Positions 27,287 to 39,874 of a DNA stretch of 64,000 nucleotides are shown in pieces; the first letter of the stretch is position 1, and each line of letters opens with the position of its first letter. The notes under the pieces were generated by a model. The model was not told the DNA's origin. It ran no database searches and saw only the letters and a list, made by a program, of their open reading frames with translations. This DNA comes from Paraphysomonas bandaiensis. Its lineage: Eukaryota > Protista > Chrysophyceae. The translations under genes were made by a program, and so were the position numbers. The stretch lies in the NCBI GenBank assembly GCA_965644295.1, contig CBFFRP010000066.1, positions 62,001 to 126,000 of the forward strand. The letters are read 5' to 3'.

Positions 27287-27590
27287 TGAAAGTCTTATTA
27301 TTATCAGTACTAGGCGTCAAGAATCGTCACCAGATAAGTAGCTAGATGAACACTAGTCAAGCTAGATCGACTTTTACCAGTAACTAACTAGTGAAAATTC
27401 TCATATCCTACAATGTAACGCTACGGAAGGTGCTTGTGCGTCGCCGCAAGCACCACGGTGCGACAACTTCCGTTCTTATAGTATGTGAGGGAGAAGCTCT
27501 CTATGAACGTGAGTCCTGGAAGTATAGAAGCGGTTAGTCAGGGGATGCCCCTTGTGGTAGAGCACCGCAGGACTTTGTGGAGGGGAATTT
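27287..27590. repeat. Dispersed repeat family C, inverted relative to 13450-14023
   Basis: Both ends match (GTCTTATTATT...AGGCGT and GGACTTTGTGGAGGG), as do the internal CTAGTCAAGCTAGA and GCAAGCACCA blocks. Confidence 0.6.
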
Positions 27591-28192
27591 TGTATATTGA
27601 ACTACAACCAACTCCTGCTGCGTACTTGAAGCTTGTTGACGCCTATCGTTAGTAGCTGTCCTGTATACTATGACGCAATGAAATACAGAATCTAGAGGAC
27701 TACAACATAAGAGTAGCTATTGCCTTGTGTTATATATATCATTTTATATTTTCTTCAGGAGAAATAACAGAATATTAATTGATTACATCTAGATGAAATA
27801 CAACAAGTATGCATAACATATTTTTATGGTGCGGTATAGCATAAATCTAGGTAGGTCGAACAGCTCAGTTTAAAATCAATGTACAATTACCTGCAGGTAC
27901 CATTTTCTCTACGACTAATCATCACTTTATCCAATAAACGGTTATCTACATGCTTACACAGGTTCTTATAGTGTAAGGACTTCTATATCTTTTATAGCAA
28001 TATCCGCTGTATCCTACAAACTGCGCGAGATCCGTACGACTACGTAAGTAGTATGGGCGTGTCCGTAGTCAGCGTTCGCCCATATCCTCATTGAATCATC
28101 TCGTCAGAATTTGCGCCTAACGTAGAAGTAACAGATATAGGATATTTTTCGAGTTTCTCTGCAGAATTCGCAGATGCACACTGAGGGCTCTG

Positions 28193-30826
28193 TTAGGCAG
28201 AGCTTTTTTCAACAGCAAGTGCGGGTCTTATACATAACATGCTCCTAGTATTCTCATTCTTGTCATAATTGGGTACAACTCGAGGGAATTTCTCGCTTTT
28301 ATCGTTTTCAACACTTGTACTATGAGCCTTCTTTTGGTTATTCAAAGGGGAAAGATACTTTCTTTGCCGCTCGTTAGATACCAGCTCGCGTATTTCGGCC
28401 GTAGCTGAGGTGTAGGGCACGCCAGTTAAATCTTGGTGACCTACAGCATTAGTTTCATGGCTGATTCGGTTAGCGGCAAGAGTTGCTGAACCCTGCAGGT
28501 CTTGACACATCGTACCACTGCTCATTCGAAACCTTCCTCCAGGCAATTCGAATTGTAGTTCACATGGATCCGCTTCAAGGACTGTGTTTCGATCATGAAG
28601 CCCCCCCATGTCAAAGTCAGAACCTTTATCGGCTAATTCAGTAACATCCTTTACTAGCTTTCCAAAACCTTTCTTAACAAGTCTAATGGGCGCATTTAAC
28701 TGCACCGACATATTAACTACAGTAGAGGGCTCCAACAATGGCGCCATAAATTCATGTATGTCCTCTTTTGAGCGCTGGTGTGGGCTATGACTCTTCGCAG
28801 AAGTTGTTGATTCATTGCTACATACCAACATTTTGTTTATATATTTTCTGTACTCTTTGAGAACTTTCCTCAAATGAATGATGCCAGGGCGCTGGGGTTG
28901 TTGTTGAATTCCTTTGTCATCATGTTGCTGACAACTTTTGCGACGCAATTGGACTGACTTATCACCCCCCACGTCACTTCTTTCCTTGGTCACCGAGGTG
29001 GTGTTGGCACTTTCCAGATGATCCATATATTCGGACTCGATGTATTGACTCTGGCGTGCACAACACTGAATAATGAATTCCTTAGTAGTATCCTCCTCGA
29101 CAGATGCAGTTGCATGTGTCAAAAAAGGGTGTTGAAGGAGTGCTGAGGCTGTGGGTCGCTTCTTCTGGTCTCTATGCATTGCAAGAGATAAAAATGAATG
29201 AAAGTCTCGGGTAAATAGTTGGATGGCAGTAGTAGTAGACACACTGTTGGAGTGTGTATGGCCCTCACAGGAGTGCTGGCAAGACTGCAACAGTGACCGA
29301 ATAGAAGGTCTTTCCTGTATAGCTTGCAATATTGCCCAGTAGCCCCCTTCACCCTCTATACAGTACCCAGCGTCTTCGGTAAGACTAACTTTCGGACTGG
29401 CAGGAGAAAATGGATACCGCCCTAGAGCTACCGCCAAGATCGTCATACCAAAGCTCCAAATATCCGAAGAAAATGAATAGTCATCGCCTGAAATGCGCTC
29501 CCTACAAAAATTGAACGGAAAATGAGGATTTAATCTTTAATATAAACAACATAATTCCTACTACAATAATCCGGGATATGTAATCATATATTTTTCAGTC
29601 CAAGAACTTACGGGCTCATATAATGGAAAGTGCCAAGAAAAGAATCTGCAAGGCTGTGTCCTTTCTCCAGCTCTTTGGATAACCCAAAGTCTGATATCTT
29701 TACTGCTGCACCATCTGTACCATTAGTTGTTCCCCGTCCACTGCACATAAGAACGTTTCCTGGTTTGATATCTCTGAAAGCAAACAATTAAATGTGAAAC
29801 ACATAGAGCACAGCGTGTGAATATAACGTAATAAACTTTATAGTTCACTGACCTGTGAATTCGTCTCTTGCTGTGAAGATAGGCCAAACCTTTCAACATC
29901 TGCCTCGCAATACCGGCTATCACACTCTCACACTGACACCCACCACGCCTGACCACATCCTGTAAAGATCCCCCGTCCATATATTCCAAGCACATCGATA
30001 TTGTGCCATCCCTAGGATTAGGATAAACTTCCAGCAGACGTACTATATTTGCAGAAGATGGCTTGTTATTGCCAGATGCAGATGAAGTAGAACCATGTAC
30101 AGTAGATCGAAGTGATTTCAATTCTTCAATTAACTGTAATCTCTTCTCATTACTTGATACAATAATCACTTTATCTGCTACAATTGTAAGACTTGGAAAA
30201 TGTACAGACTTAAATACATATGCAGATGATCCACTTCCAATACGAACCAATCGAATGAGATTACAGGGATTATCATCCTGTATTTTCTCTTCAGTTAATG
30301 ATGAGATCTCATAGAATTGTTCTTCTTCATCAATTGAATGATTCTGATAATCTGAAACATCGATTTCAAGTGCTGTAGAAGTAGTTGATCCAGTTGATGT
30401 ACGATGACTGTGTTCTATTCCATGAGATGATGAGATTGATATCTTATCAATCATTGGAAGTGATAATAAACAATCTGATGATACATTCTTCTTGATTGAT
30501 GACTTAATAGAACTCTGTATAGTAGAACAATGAATGGGTTTAAGTATATGTGAGTTCAGATTATTCATATGAGATGTATCGCTTCTATGTGATGTATGTA
30601 TATCTTGTAATGTGTTCTTCTTTTTCAGTTTTGTTAAATATGTATGAAATGCAGACTTCATTTTCATTGATTTCTTATTGGATGACTTCATATTTAATGA
30701 TTTCTCATTGGATGATTTCACTGAAGTTGACTTCATATTTGATGATTTCTTATTGGATGACTTCATATTTAATAACATCTCATTGGATGATTTCATTGAA
30801 GTTGACTTCACTTTTGTTGATTTCAT
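28193..30826 (-). CDS. MAP kinase kinase (STE7/MEK-like), 3 exons (30826-29853, 29773-29612, 29501-28193)
   Basis: GSGSS, ADK, LEYMDGGSL, HR|DIKPGN, DFG, activation loop SLADSFLGTFHYMSP|ERI and SDIWSFG. The N-terminus has low-complexity MKSSNKKS repeats. Confidence 0.9.
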
Positions 30827-31695
30827 AGTATGATATGATGGTGATTTACTTATAGGGACCTCCAGATAGACCGTCTTAGTAGAGATATTGGAGTTTCACT
30901 GTTGTTTCAGTTCGATACTTTCATAGTAACAAACTTTAATAGTTAACTATAAGTAAAGAAAGTCAATTAGTGTCATGTGATTAAGTGCTATAACACACAC
31001 ATGTTGAGCTGTATAGAATAGTGTTGAACTCACTGAAGTACTTTGTATATAGTACTTAATAGAAATGGCGATTTAAGGTGTTGCTCTACTGTTGAGTACG
31101 TAATAATTAGGTATATCTCAAACAAAATTTGATATTTCGGATTTCGACAAACAAAATTATGTACCAAAAATTTTGATGGTATTTTTACACAGAAAATTCT
31201 ACAGGTGATTAAAAACCCTGGTATTATTGGAACAAACGGAGTATATATTGACTCAGAGAGCCAATCAGAAAGCATAAACTCCCCTTTTTTTCATTTTTAG
31301 ATGTTTTATCTGGATATTTCAGGATTTATCAATTTGGAAGGTTTTTAGACTGGGAAAATAACAATATCCTGGTTTTTATTGCTTGTACACACTCTGTACA
31401 CGACAGCAGGAATTCCAATTCTGAATTATGTTGCATTGTATACAGCGGTACGTTGTGTCCTATAGATGTACAGCAGTATATATATATCTCTCCATACTAT
31501 ACTATACTACACCATCGTATACTATACTACACTATACACTACACTATACACACTATACTACACTACTATGCTACACTACACTCTGCTATGCTATATCGCC
31601 TATGCATACATACATACATCATGCATGTCTGTTATCAGTACATACAATCCATTAACTAACTCCCTGTTCCTCCAACACAACACACTATCAACACC

Positions 31696-33546
31696 ATGAG
31701 TGAAAACCCTCCAATCCCTCAATCATTCACTGATATTAAACAATATCTTCATAACAATACTATACATAAACAGTCCCTCATATCAGCACACGATACACAT
31801 GAACACACACATGAACACACTCACCAACACACACATATATATAACATAATACATACAAACTACCATCAGAATACACCCCCATTAAACTATAGATATGATC
31901 CATATATAAACTGCAATCCAGATTGTATAAAACAAACCCATCACATGTTTTCAAGACACAGACATGCAATCCCAGTCATACAATATAACATAACAAATCT
32001 TAAAAAATCATATTATTTTCCATTATTTTCTAATAATTCTATCAAAGCAACATTTTTATCTGATATTTTTACTTTAGCAAAAGGATTGTCATGTCGTGTA
32101 ATAGTGTTAGTAGAAGGATCACATCAATGGGCAAAAGAGCCACATGAAGATGAGATATTAACTGTGAATGATGTGACAGTTGATATGCAAATTGAATCAG
32201 AGTGTTGTGATGTATCAAGAGAATGTGTGTTGTCATGGGTTCGTCTATCGTCTCATATCTGTACTGCTGCATCTACTTCATCGACCCCAGATGATCCATA
32301 TGCGGGCTACCGGCTGGCACTCATTCGAGTTGAAAATTGGGAAGTAGGCTCCGCTCCATCTCTTAAGAAGTGGAACGCAATAGAGGCTATATACAACAGG
32401 TTTGCGTGTTAATGTCAATCATGTATATAACGTGTGCATGTTGCTATTTTTTTCTCTATTTGCATGGCTGTATTTGACTTTGTATAGCCATGTCCTTCCC
32501 ATTTCGTTTATTATGCGATAGTAACACAGTTTTTTTGTGCAGAGCCTACAGTGAAGCCATGGCGGCATATGGCAGCACTAACGTGATGATAGTGGATAAG
32601 GGAGAGATGACTTCCCCTACTCACTGGGGTATAGGGAATCGAGCAGGCATGATGATTGCTTGTGAAATGGCCCTCACAAGATACGTGTATTCGCATGACG
32701 AAGTAGATGAGGCTGCAAGTAGTGTCGAGAGTATTTCTTGTGCACCAAAAGAAACTGAGAGTTGTAATCTTCAACGAAGCACGGGAGGGCATGTGCCAGA
32801 GAGCGTCGATTCTAGGACAGACGACAACTGCCCTGAGGATGTTCCCGCATTAGCTTCTTCCCATCAACCAGCGGCTGTTCAGTGCATAGGAGGGGAGGGT
32901 GAGGACGATAACAGTGCTTCTATTGCCAAGACACTTCTGGATGCCTCGGTAATTTTACAGGGAGGAGGATATGAAACATCTCCTTCAACAACCGAGAGTG
33001 CAGAAGTAAGCTCAGATGCTGTGAGTGCGGTAGTGAGGCAAGCGAATGTAAGTAACATACAACATATGATATAGTATATGCATTTCTATAACCTGTGTAC
33101 AATGACGCTGAAAATATATGCGATTACGTATTTATCTGATATATATCGTGTTATAGGAGGCAAGTGGTTGTCGGGAGACCTACTTGAGTGATACAAAGGA
33201 AAAAGCAGCAGATAGACTGAAAAGGCGACTTGCCGCTCGCAGAAAAGCTAGGGAGGATGCCAATTCTAACACTCTCAATCAACCCCCACCCGCGCCTGTG
33301 AAGTCTTTACCAGTCGTGCCTCCCTCTCCGCCACAACCACTTGAGAGTGACGAATCCCAAAGTAATTTTTGCAGTACAACCAGCTTGGAAGAATTATTTG
33401 AGGGTATTGATGGCGACAGTGTGTGTCTTCCTTTGATTTTACTACACCTTGCGGTTGTTTCGCCAGCATTACTTTTAACCCGTGATCAATATGAGTTTTT
33501 ATATCATGTAGTATGTTGTAGACTGAAGAAAAGATTGTCAACGTAA
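31696..33546 (+). CDS. Hypothetical protein, 3 exons (31696-32399, 32543-33047, 33157-33546)
   Basis: Three long ORFs join in frame through GT-AG introns; no domain recognised. Confidence 0.65.
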
Positions 33547-33916
33547 ACAAACTATATGAATTTTTTACAGTCCCTTTAGTTGGTAGAAGCAGTACTAGAT
33601 ATTAAGATTAACTATTTCACGTATACTCCTTACAGTTATACATATTACGCACGTGAATATAACTAGATACAATGAAAAATGAAATAGCAACTGCTGAATT
33701 GTCGTCGGACTATATAATATACTTGACTATACAAGTACGTTGATAGTTGATATGATCCCATATATGATTTGTTCTAATGCTACTTTGTAATCGTGTCTTG
33801 CTGTTATACGATTTGCCTTTATTATTATTATTATTAGTCACTCGACTAGCTATAAATCTCAATTACAGAGAAGTGCTAGTGTTAGCTAGTATTCTTTTAC
33901 TATAAACATTAGCTTA

Positions 33917-36118
33917 TTACTTAATCATATTCCTCATTGAGCTTAATATAGATTTGAGCTCTACATAGTCTGGATCAGATTTAGTATCTACATATGGTCG
34001 CATACTTTCTATCAGCTGTACAGAGAGATTATAGCACTGCTTCCATTTTTCTGACATATACAGCATCTGTACAATTTTTACGCGTTCCCTTGATATAATA
34101 ATATCGTCATCTGGTAAAGCAATACCATCACTTCCTTTTCGCATTATTGTAATAGCTTTCTCGATAAAATTAATTGCTGACATATAGTGCCCTAGAGTAC
34201 CGTCAATATGCCCCAGGATATCAAGGGCGGTGCACATTAACATATCTCTCTCAGCTTCGTTCTTCTTACTAAGCTTCAATGGCAGCTTTTCCAGTGCATT
34301 ATAAATTTCTAATGCTTGAGACCTGCAGTTATTAAGTTCGTTTTTCACACGATGAGTTACACTTCCACTCTGTTCCAAACAGCCAGCAACATTCTCTTGA
34401 ATATTTCGTAATGATACAGTTATATTTTGCATTTTGTCAGTCCAATCCTTATCATCCATCAAATGAACATACTCTTCAACAGGAGATCTCTTCGCGGAGC
34501 AAGCATCACTACCTGGTACTTTGCTGGATTGCAATAAGCAGAGATTACACTGGCAACGAAACTGGTACACATCGTACAGAAGATTCTGCCGTTGCTCAAA
34601 AGGCGTGCTTGGGAGAGGTCCATAAGATATCGTGACTTCTTCCTCTGGCGACACATTGCGAGTGAGGACGACATCAACAGCATAGCTCATAGCCTCAACA
34701 GAGCTATAAGGATTACTATTGCCCGCTTGACTTTCTCTCTCATATTTTTCTCTCTCTAGGATGGCGTACTTTACTGATGCATTGGGCTGGCATGAATGGT
34801 TGATACATGACGCGGTCAGGTATACTGCAAGACCAATTTTGGTATCAACAACATTATCAGCAACCTTGCGTATGCTATGAATGCAGTGAGTGTTGTGTGG
34901 TATTCGGGTAAGGGCCCGTAACATATCCCAGGGGTCAGTGTTGATATACGGGTTCATGAGTTTTGTGGTGATAGAGACAGCAATTGACATCATCATTAAT
35001 ACGTCACCCCTCCAGCCACTACATCGACATACTGTACATTGGCAATTCGAAGCTGCAGGCGAGTCATTGCAGGTGCATGTCAAATCACAGGGTTCGGATG
35101 AAAACTTTGGTGTCCTTAGAGTATTGATAACATCGTTAAATTGCTGTGATGAGAGGTGTATAGCGTTCCAAGCGAGGTGTATGTGAGCCGGTAAAATTGT
35201 GGTAGAGTTTCCACAAGACCCTTGATCACGGCAACAAGACGTAATAGGTGCTGCCACAGCTGGGCCTTCGGTTAGTACCACCTGGGATCTGTCTACCGGT
35301 ACTCTTAATCGTCCCTGGCGTCCATGAGTGCCAATATCCATATACAACACTATGTATTCATACACCGTTATTGGTGCAATAGGTATATGAAATGTATGGT
35401 CTTACCGTCACTCTGTGTGGATTGATGAACCTCATATGAATTGTTGAGTGAAATATTGTTATGAGTTGCAGACAGTAATTGGGATATATGATCTTCAATA
35501 GAGCACACACCATATCGAGCCATCATCTGTATGAGATGTAAGTAGTGATCATATCATATATATATATATATACACTGATGCAACTCATATATATATACGT
35601 ACATTGAAGTGCTAATATGTATATACATATACATGTAACTACGCAGCATATGTATGTATATATGTGTATAGTCATGCTGCTTATGTATATATACATACTG
35701 CATACGTAAGTATGAGGCAGCACATGTATGTATGTATAATCATGCAGCTTATGTATGTATATGTACACACACATGTATGTATGTATGTATGTATGATACA
35801 GAGATATGATACACTCCGTCTCACCTTTACAATACTTTGCCAGATATCATCCCATAACACATCAACTAATCGACATGCAACAGATAGCATCATTTGATCC
35901 CATAATCCACTTATATGATAAGAGAATCTTTCAACTGCCAGATGCGATAAATTCCTATAGATAATATTTCAGAGTATACAGTAGAGAATACAGTGCGTAT
36001 ACCGTGATAATAATGATATTATACAGAAGATAGTATGCATGTTGCATGGAAGTGTATGTGAATGGAGATATGAGGGGTATGGAATTGGTGGGATGTGGTA
36101 ATATGGTGTCGTGTTCAT
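33917..36118 (-). CDS. SMYD-like SET-domain lysine methyltransferase with a TPR-like C-terminus; 5' exons uncertain
   Basis: GLAVYLTASCINHSCQPNA, EEVTISYG and post-SET YQFRCQCNLC. Candidate small upstream exons at about 35405-35525, 35823-35956 and 36003-36118. Confidence 0.8.
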
Positions 36119-37289
36119 TGTGGAGAGTTTGATGGATGGCTTAGTATGGTACTGTACTGTATATACATATATATATATACAGCAGTACATCACACATGAC
36201 TATGTACTGCTGTATGTATGTATTCCATATTGTACTGCTGTACTCTGTGCTGTATACAGCAGAGTGTACTGCTAGATTCTGGGAATGTACTGTTGCACAC
36301 TTGATTATATGACAGATCCTCCTGTACGTATATATACAGCAGTATGTAATATATGTACGCTATGTACTGCTTTTCAATTATTTCTCAAGAAAACTACTTT
36401 TTCAGTCAAAACCCTGATTTTTACGTATTTTCCCTACTTTTTTGATGATTACCACACATACATATCATTTTTACGTAATAATCCAACAGGCAGATACTGG
36501 CTGTATCTCTATGCATATGGCAGTTCATGATATCGCTCTATGTGGTGTAGATATCTACTATGAGCTACATGCACCATATAACATGACAGTACAGTAACCG
36601 GGCATTAACAGCAGTGCATTAACATATGGAGTAAACGATCACAACTATACACTAAACTAATATATCATTTGCATTATCAGTAGTAAGAGTACGACACATA
36701 CATGTTTATAACTTGCATGAACCGCTATATCTAAGAGAGTCTTGTCTCTATCAAGTATACCAGTGCATATAGCTGTACTACTTTACATTAGGGTGTGTAG
36801 TTAGATTCATATGTTTTTGCTTTGTAAAGCTAATTGATAGTATTGCCGTGATACAAGCCTATTTTAAGTGACAGTTATGGTGACGAATATGGTAACAGTA
36901 GTTCTGGCGATATTTTTGGTATATTGTGATTTTTGTGTATTTTTCTAAGTTATTAATTAATATGTGTTTGACTTTAGTAGTGAACTTTTATTGTTATGCT
37001 ACATTTACACGAATATAATCCTTATTCGAGTATTGAATTCTTACTTTCAATAAAACACTTCAGCTCATATCACATTACTCAAGATTGAAGACATATATCG
37101 TCGGCTAATATATCATACTGATATCACGACCCACATGGAATTCTGTTTGTGGTGTTGTGAGCTCCTATGTCATCAACATGTAACACTTCCAATTCAGTGT
37201 ACAACAACACACATCGACAGCAACTACAATAAAAAAACTACATAAAGATAAAATACAATTTGTATTCAAAATTGGAACAGCATCATCAG

Positions 37290-39197
37290 CTACTTCGTGA
37301 CAGCCACTTCGAAGCACGACTTCGACGGTGCAGAAGTCGTATGTTCATCCGTAGTAAATCCGAACCGTGTACTCTGTGGCTGAAACAATATATAAGTATT
37401 TCAAGACATGTTTTCAAGCGGAAGTTGATATATCCAACACACTTACACTTAGTATAAAAAGTCCCTTGTCGATTGTATTAACGGCTATAGTTCCAGAATC
37501 AAACTTGGGATAAGCAGTCCATGCGCCCAAGAACGAAGTTGTATTACACTCAGGAGCAACATCGAAGTATGCCACTTCATCAAGAGATGTATCTTCACTT
37601 AACGATGACACATTTAGAACTCTCAGTCCAGCGCAATAGTTCGCCTGCCAGGAGTATCCTTGGTGAATATACTGATTGTGATCTGTATTACAAAATCAAA
37701 TGTCAGGTTAGCACAACGTACACTGTCTAGACGCATTAATAACTTACCGATGCTTGTCTCTGAAGAACGATATGTGTTCACAAGCTTGGGCTCCGTGATA
37801 TTTTTCATGTCCCACACATAAGTATGTGTACGCCCATCGTCTATTGTCTTCAACTCATCAACCTCATCGTCCGCAAGTAGATAACGCATATCTTCAGTTA
37901 GCCATCCTACAGATACGCACGAGAGAGATTAGTACCACATAGCACAAGAATGCCCGTACATCGAACTATATGGTATACCTTGGTGACAATACGCACGCTG
38001 AGAGTAATCTGTCAACACTAGAATAACCATGTTACTCTTATCCGTTACATCCACCACCGACAAACTCTCCCCGTTGAAAGTAAAGCACAGCTCTCTACCC
38101 GTATATCTTTCATCTGGACCAGTGTAAATGACACACTGGGCGTCATGAATATAACCGACGTCTTCAAAACACCCAGCAAACTCTGGCTCAGCAGGTGTTG
38201 ATAAATTAATTACATGAAGCCCACCAGCGCACGTATCGGAACCGACTACGTACAAGAAACCAGATTGTTCATTCAAAACAAGATTATGAGACGATCCTGC
38301 AAGAGAAGAGTCAAACATATATATAGTTGAATACAAATATCAGCCTTATACATATGTATACGTGTACTAACCCCCTTACCTACGTCAGTATATATGAATG
38401 TTTCTTGTAGAGTAATATTCAATCGTCTGTATCCTCTACTAGAAACAATGACTTGAAATTGATTGGGATTATGCATATATGATTGTATGATATGACTAAC
38501 AGCAGTTAAGTTAATCACTTGTATGCCTGAATCAGATGCTTCTGATCCAATATATGCATAGTTGTTAAAGACCTGTATAAGAGATACTATGAGATTGTTT
38601 GAGGGTAATGAGGGGAGTGTCTAGAGGTCTGTGTACCTTAATATCTCTCCATGAAGAGGGTGATGGATAGGCTGGTAGTGTGCATACAATATAAGGGTCT
38701 TCTGGGACAGATATATCGATAAATGATGTCCCTGAATAACACCCAGCGATAACAATTTCATGATTGTATTCATCTGTCCATCCCCATACTATATATATAT
38801 AACCATATAGAGTTATACATACATACATATGTACATAAGCATAGTATATACCTTCATTTCCGTGGTACGTACAGCCTAAATCAGATAAATATAATACAGA
38901 CCATAAATCAATCCCTGAACATGGATATTCTCCTGCCAGCCCATCCGTACAAGTCACTTTTAATTTTGAAATGAATGTTGTTGAATTTGATGTATGTGTA
39001 AATGGGGGGTTTTTAGTAGAGAGATTTGACCATTGAGATATTTTAGAGTTTTTAATAGATTGCATAGTATTAAAATTACTATATTTTGTATGTGATACAT
39101 AGTTAGTTGATTGGATGATGGGAGTGTTAACACTTGTATGTGTTGTGGAGAGTAGAGTGGGAGTATATGATAGAAGAGTGAAGAGAGAGAAGAACAT
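37290..39197 (-). CDS. Secreted choice-of-anchor B (regulatory P domain-like) beta-propeller protein, multi-exon; last exon uncertain
   Basis: Signal-like MFFSLFTLLS; CTDGLAGEYPCSGIDL, WGWTD, SSWRDIK, SSHNL, YIHDAQCVIYTGPD, HQ|GWLTED, DDEVDE, DHNQY, ANYCAGLR and GAWTAYPKFDSG motifs. Confidence 0.88.
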
Positions 39198-39311
39198 GAA
39201 GGGAGAGTGATGTGAATTATAGATATGGGGATACACTCTAGCAGTGTATGTATGGATGACATATCTGTTAATAGACCAGCCCACAATCCAACAGAACAAG
39301 CACCAACCTGC

Positions 39312-39456
39312 CTGTCTGTGGGAATAAGTCGATCCAGTTAACAAATCCAGGCTTTTCTTGATGCATGTTGTTTTTTGACGAATATATTTCAGAGAAATAA
39401 CGAAAAAAGATCGATTTTTTTGCTCGTCGACATATTCCGCTGGATCCCACAGACGG
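39312..39456. mobile_element. MITE family B, copy 2
   Basis: Inverted homologue of 1175-1315 with CTGTGGGA / TCCCACAG ends. Confidence 0.6.
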
Positions 39457-39874
39457 TCATTCCTACGTACCTGCCTGTATATCTAGATATCAGATATCCA
39501 TATCGCTGACTCCACACCAAAAACTGGGATTTACTAAGAAACTAGCTTTTTGCAACAAAGCAGGATTTTTACAACAAAAAACTGTGTTTTTTTATGGTGT
39601 TCATGTCGAGAACTGACTGTGTACACATACAGTACATACATACATAGCATTACCAACATACATGAAAACCCCTCATTTATAGAAAATCAACAAGTTTCTA
39701 GATTTATGATACTATAAATACGTTAAACTTATAAATATCTAGATTTACTAGTAAAATACCCTATTTTACCCCTCGGTGTACCACCCTGATTTCTCCATAT
39801 CTAGAGAGACTGTCATACTGCGTGATTCCACGTGGAACTACCGTCCGCTAACTTGAACTTGTCAAAACCATAAT

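Noticed and set aside
31428-31699. Short Y/T/H-rich ORFs, also at 35520-36530
   Set aside because: They come from low-complexity (TACAC/TATG) upstream or intronic sequence.
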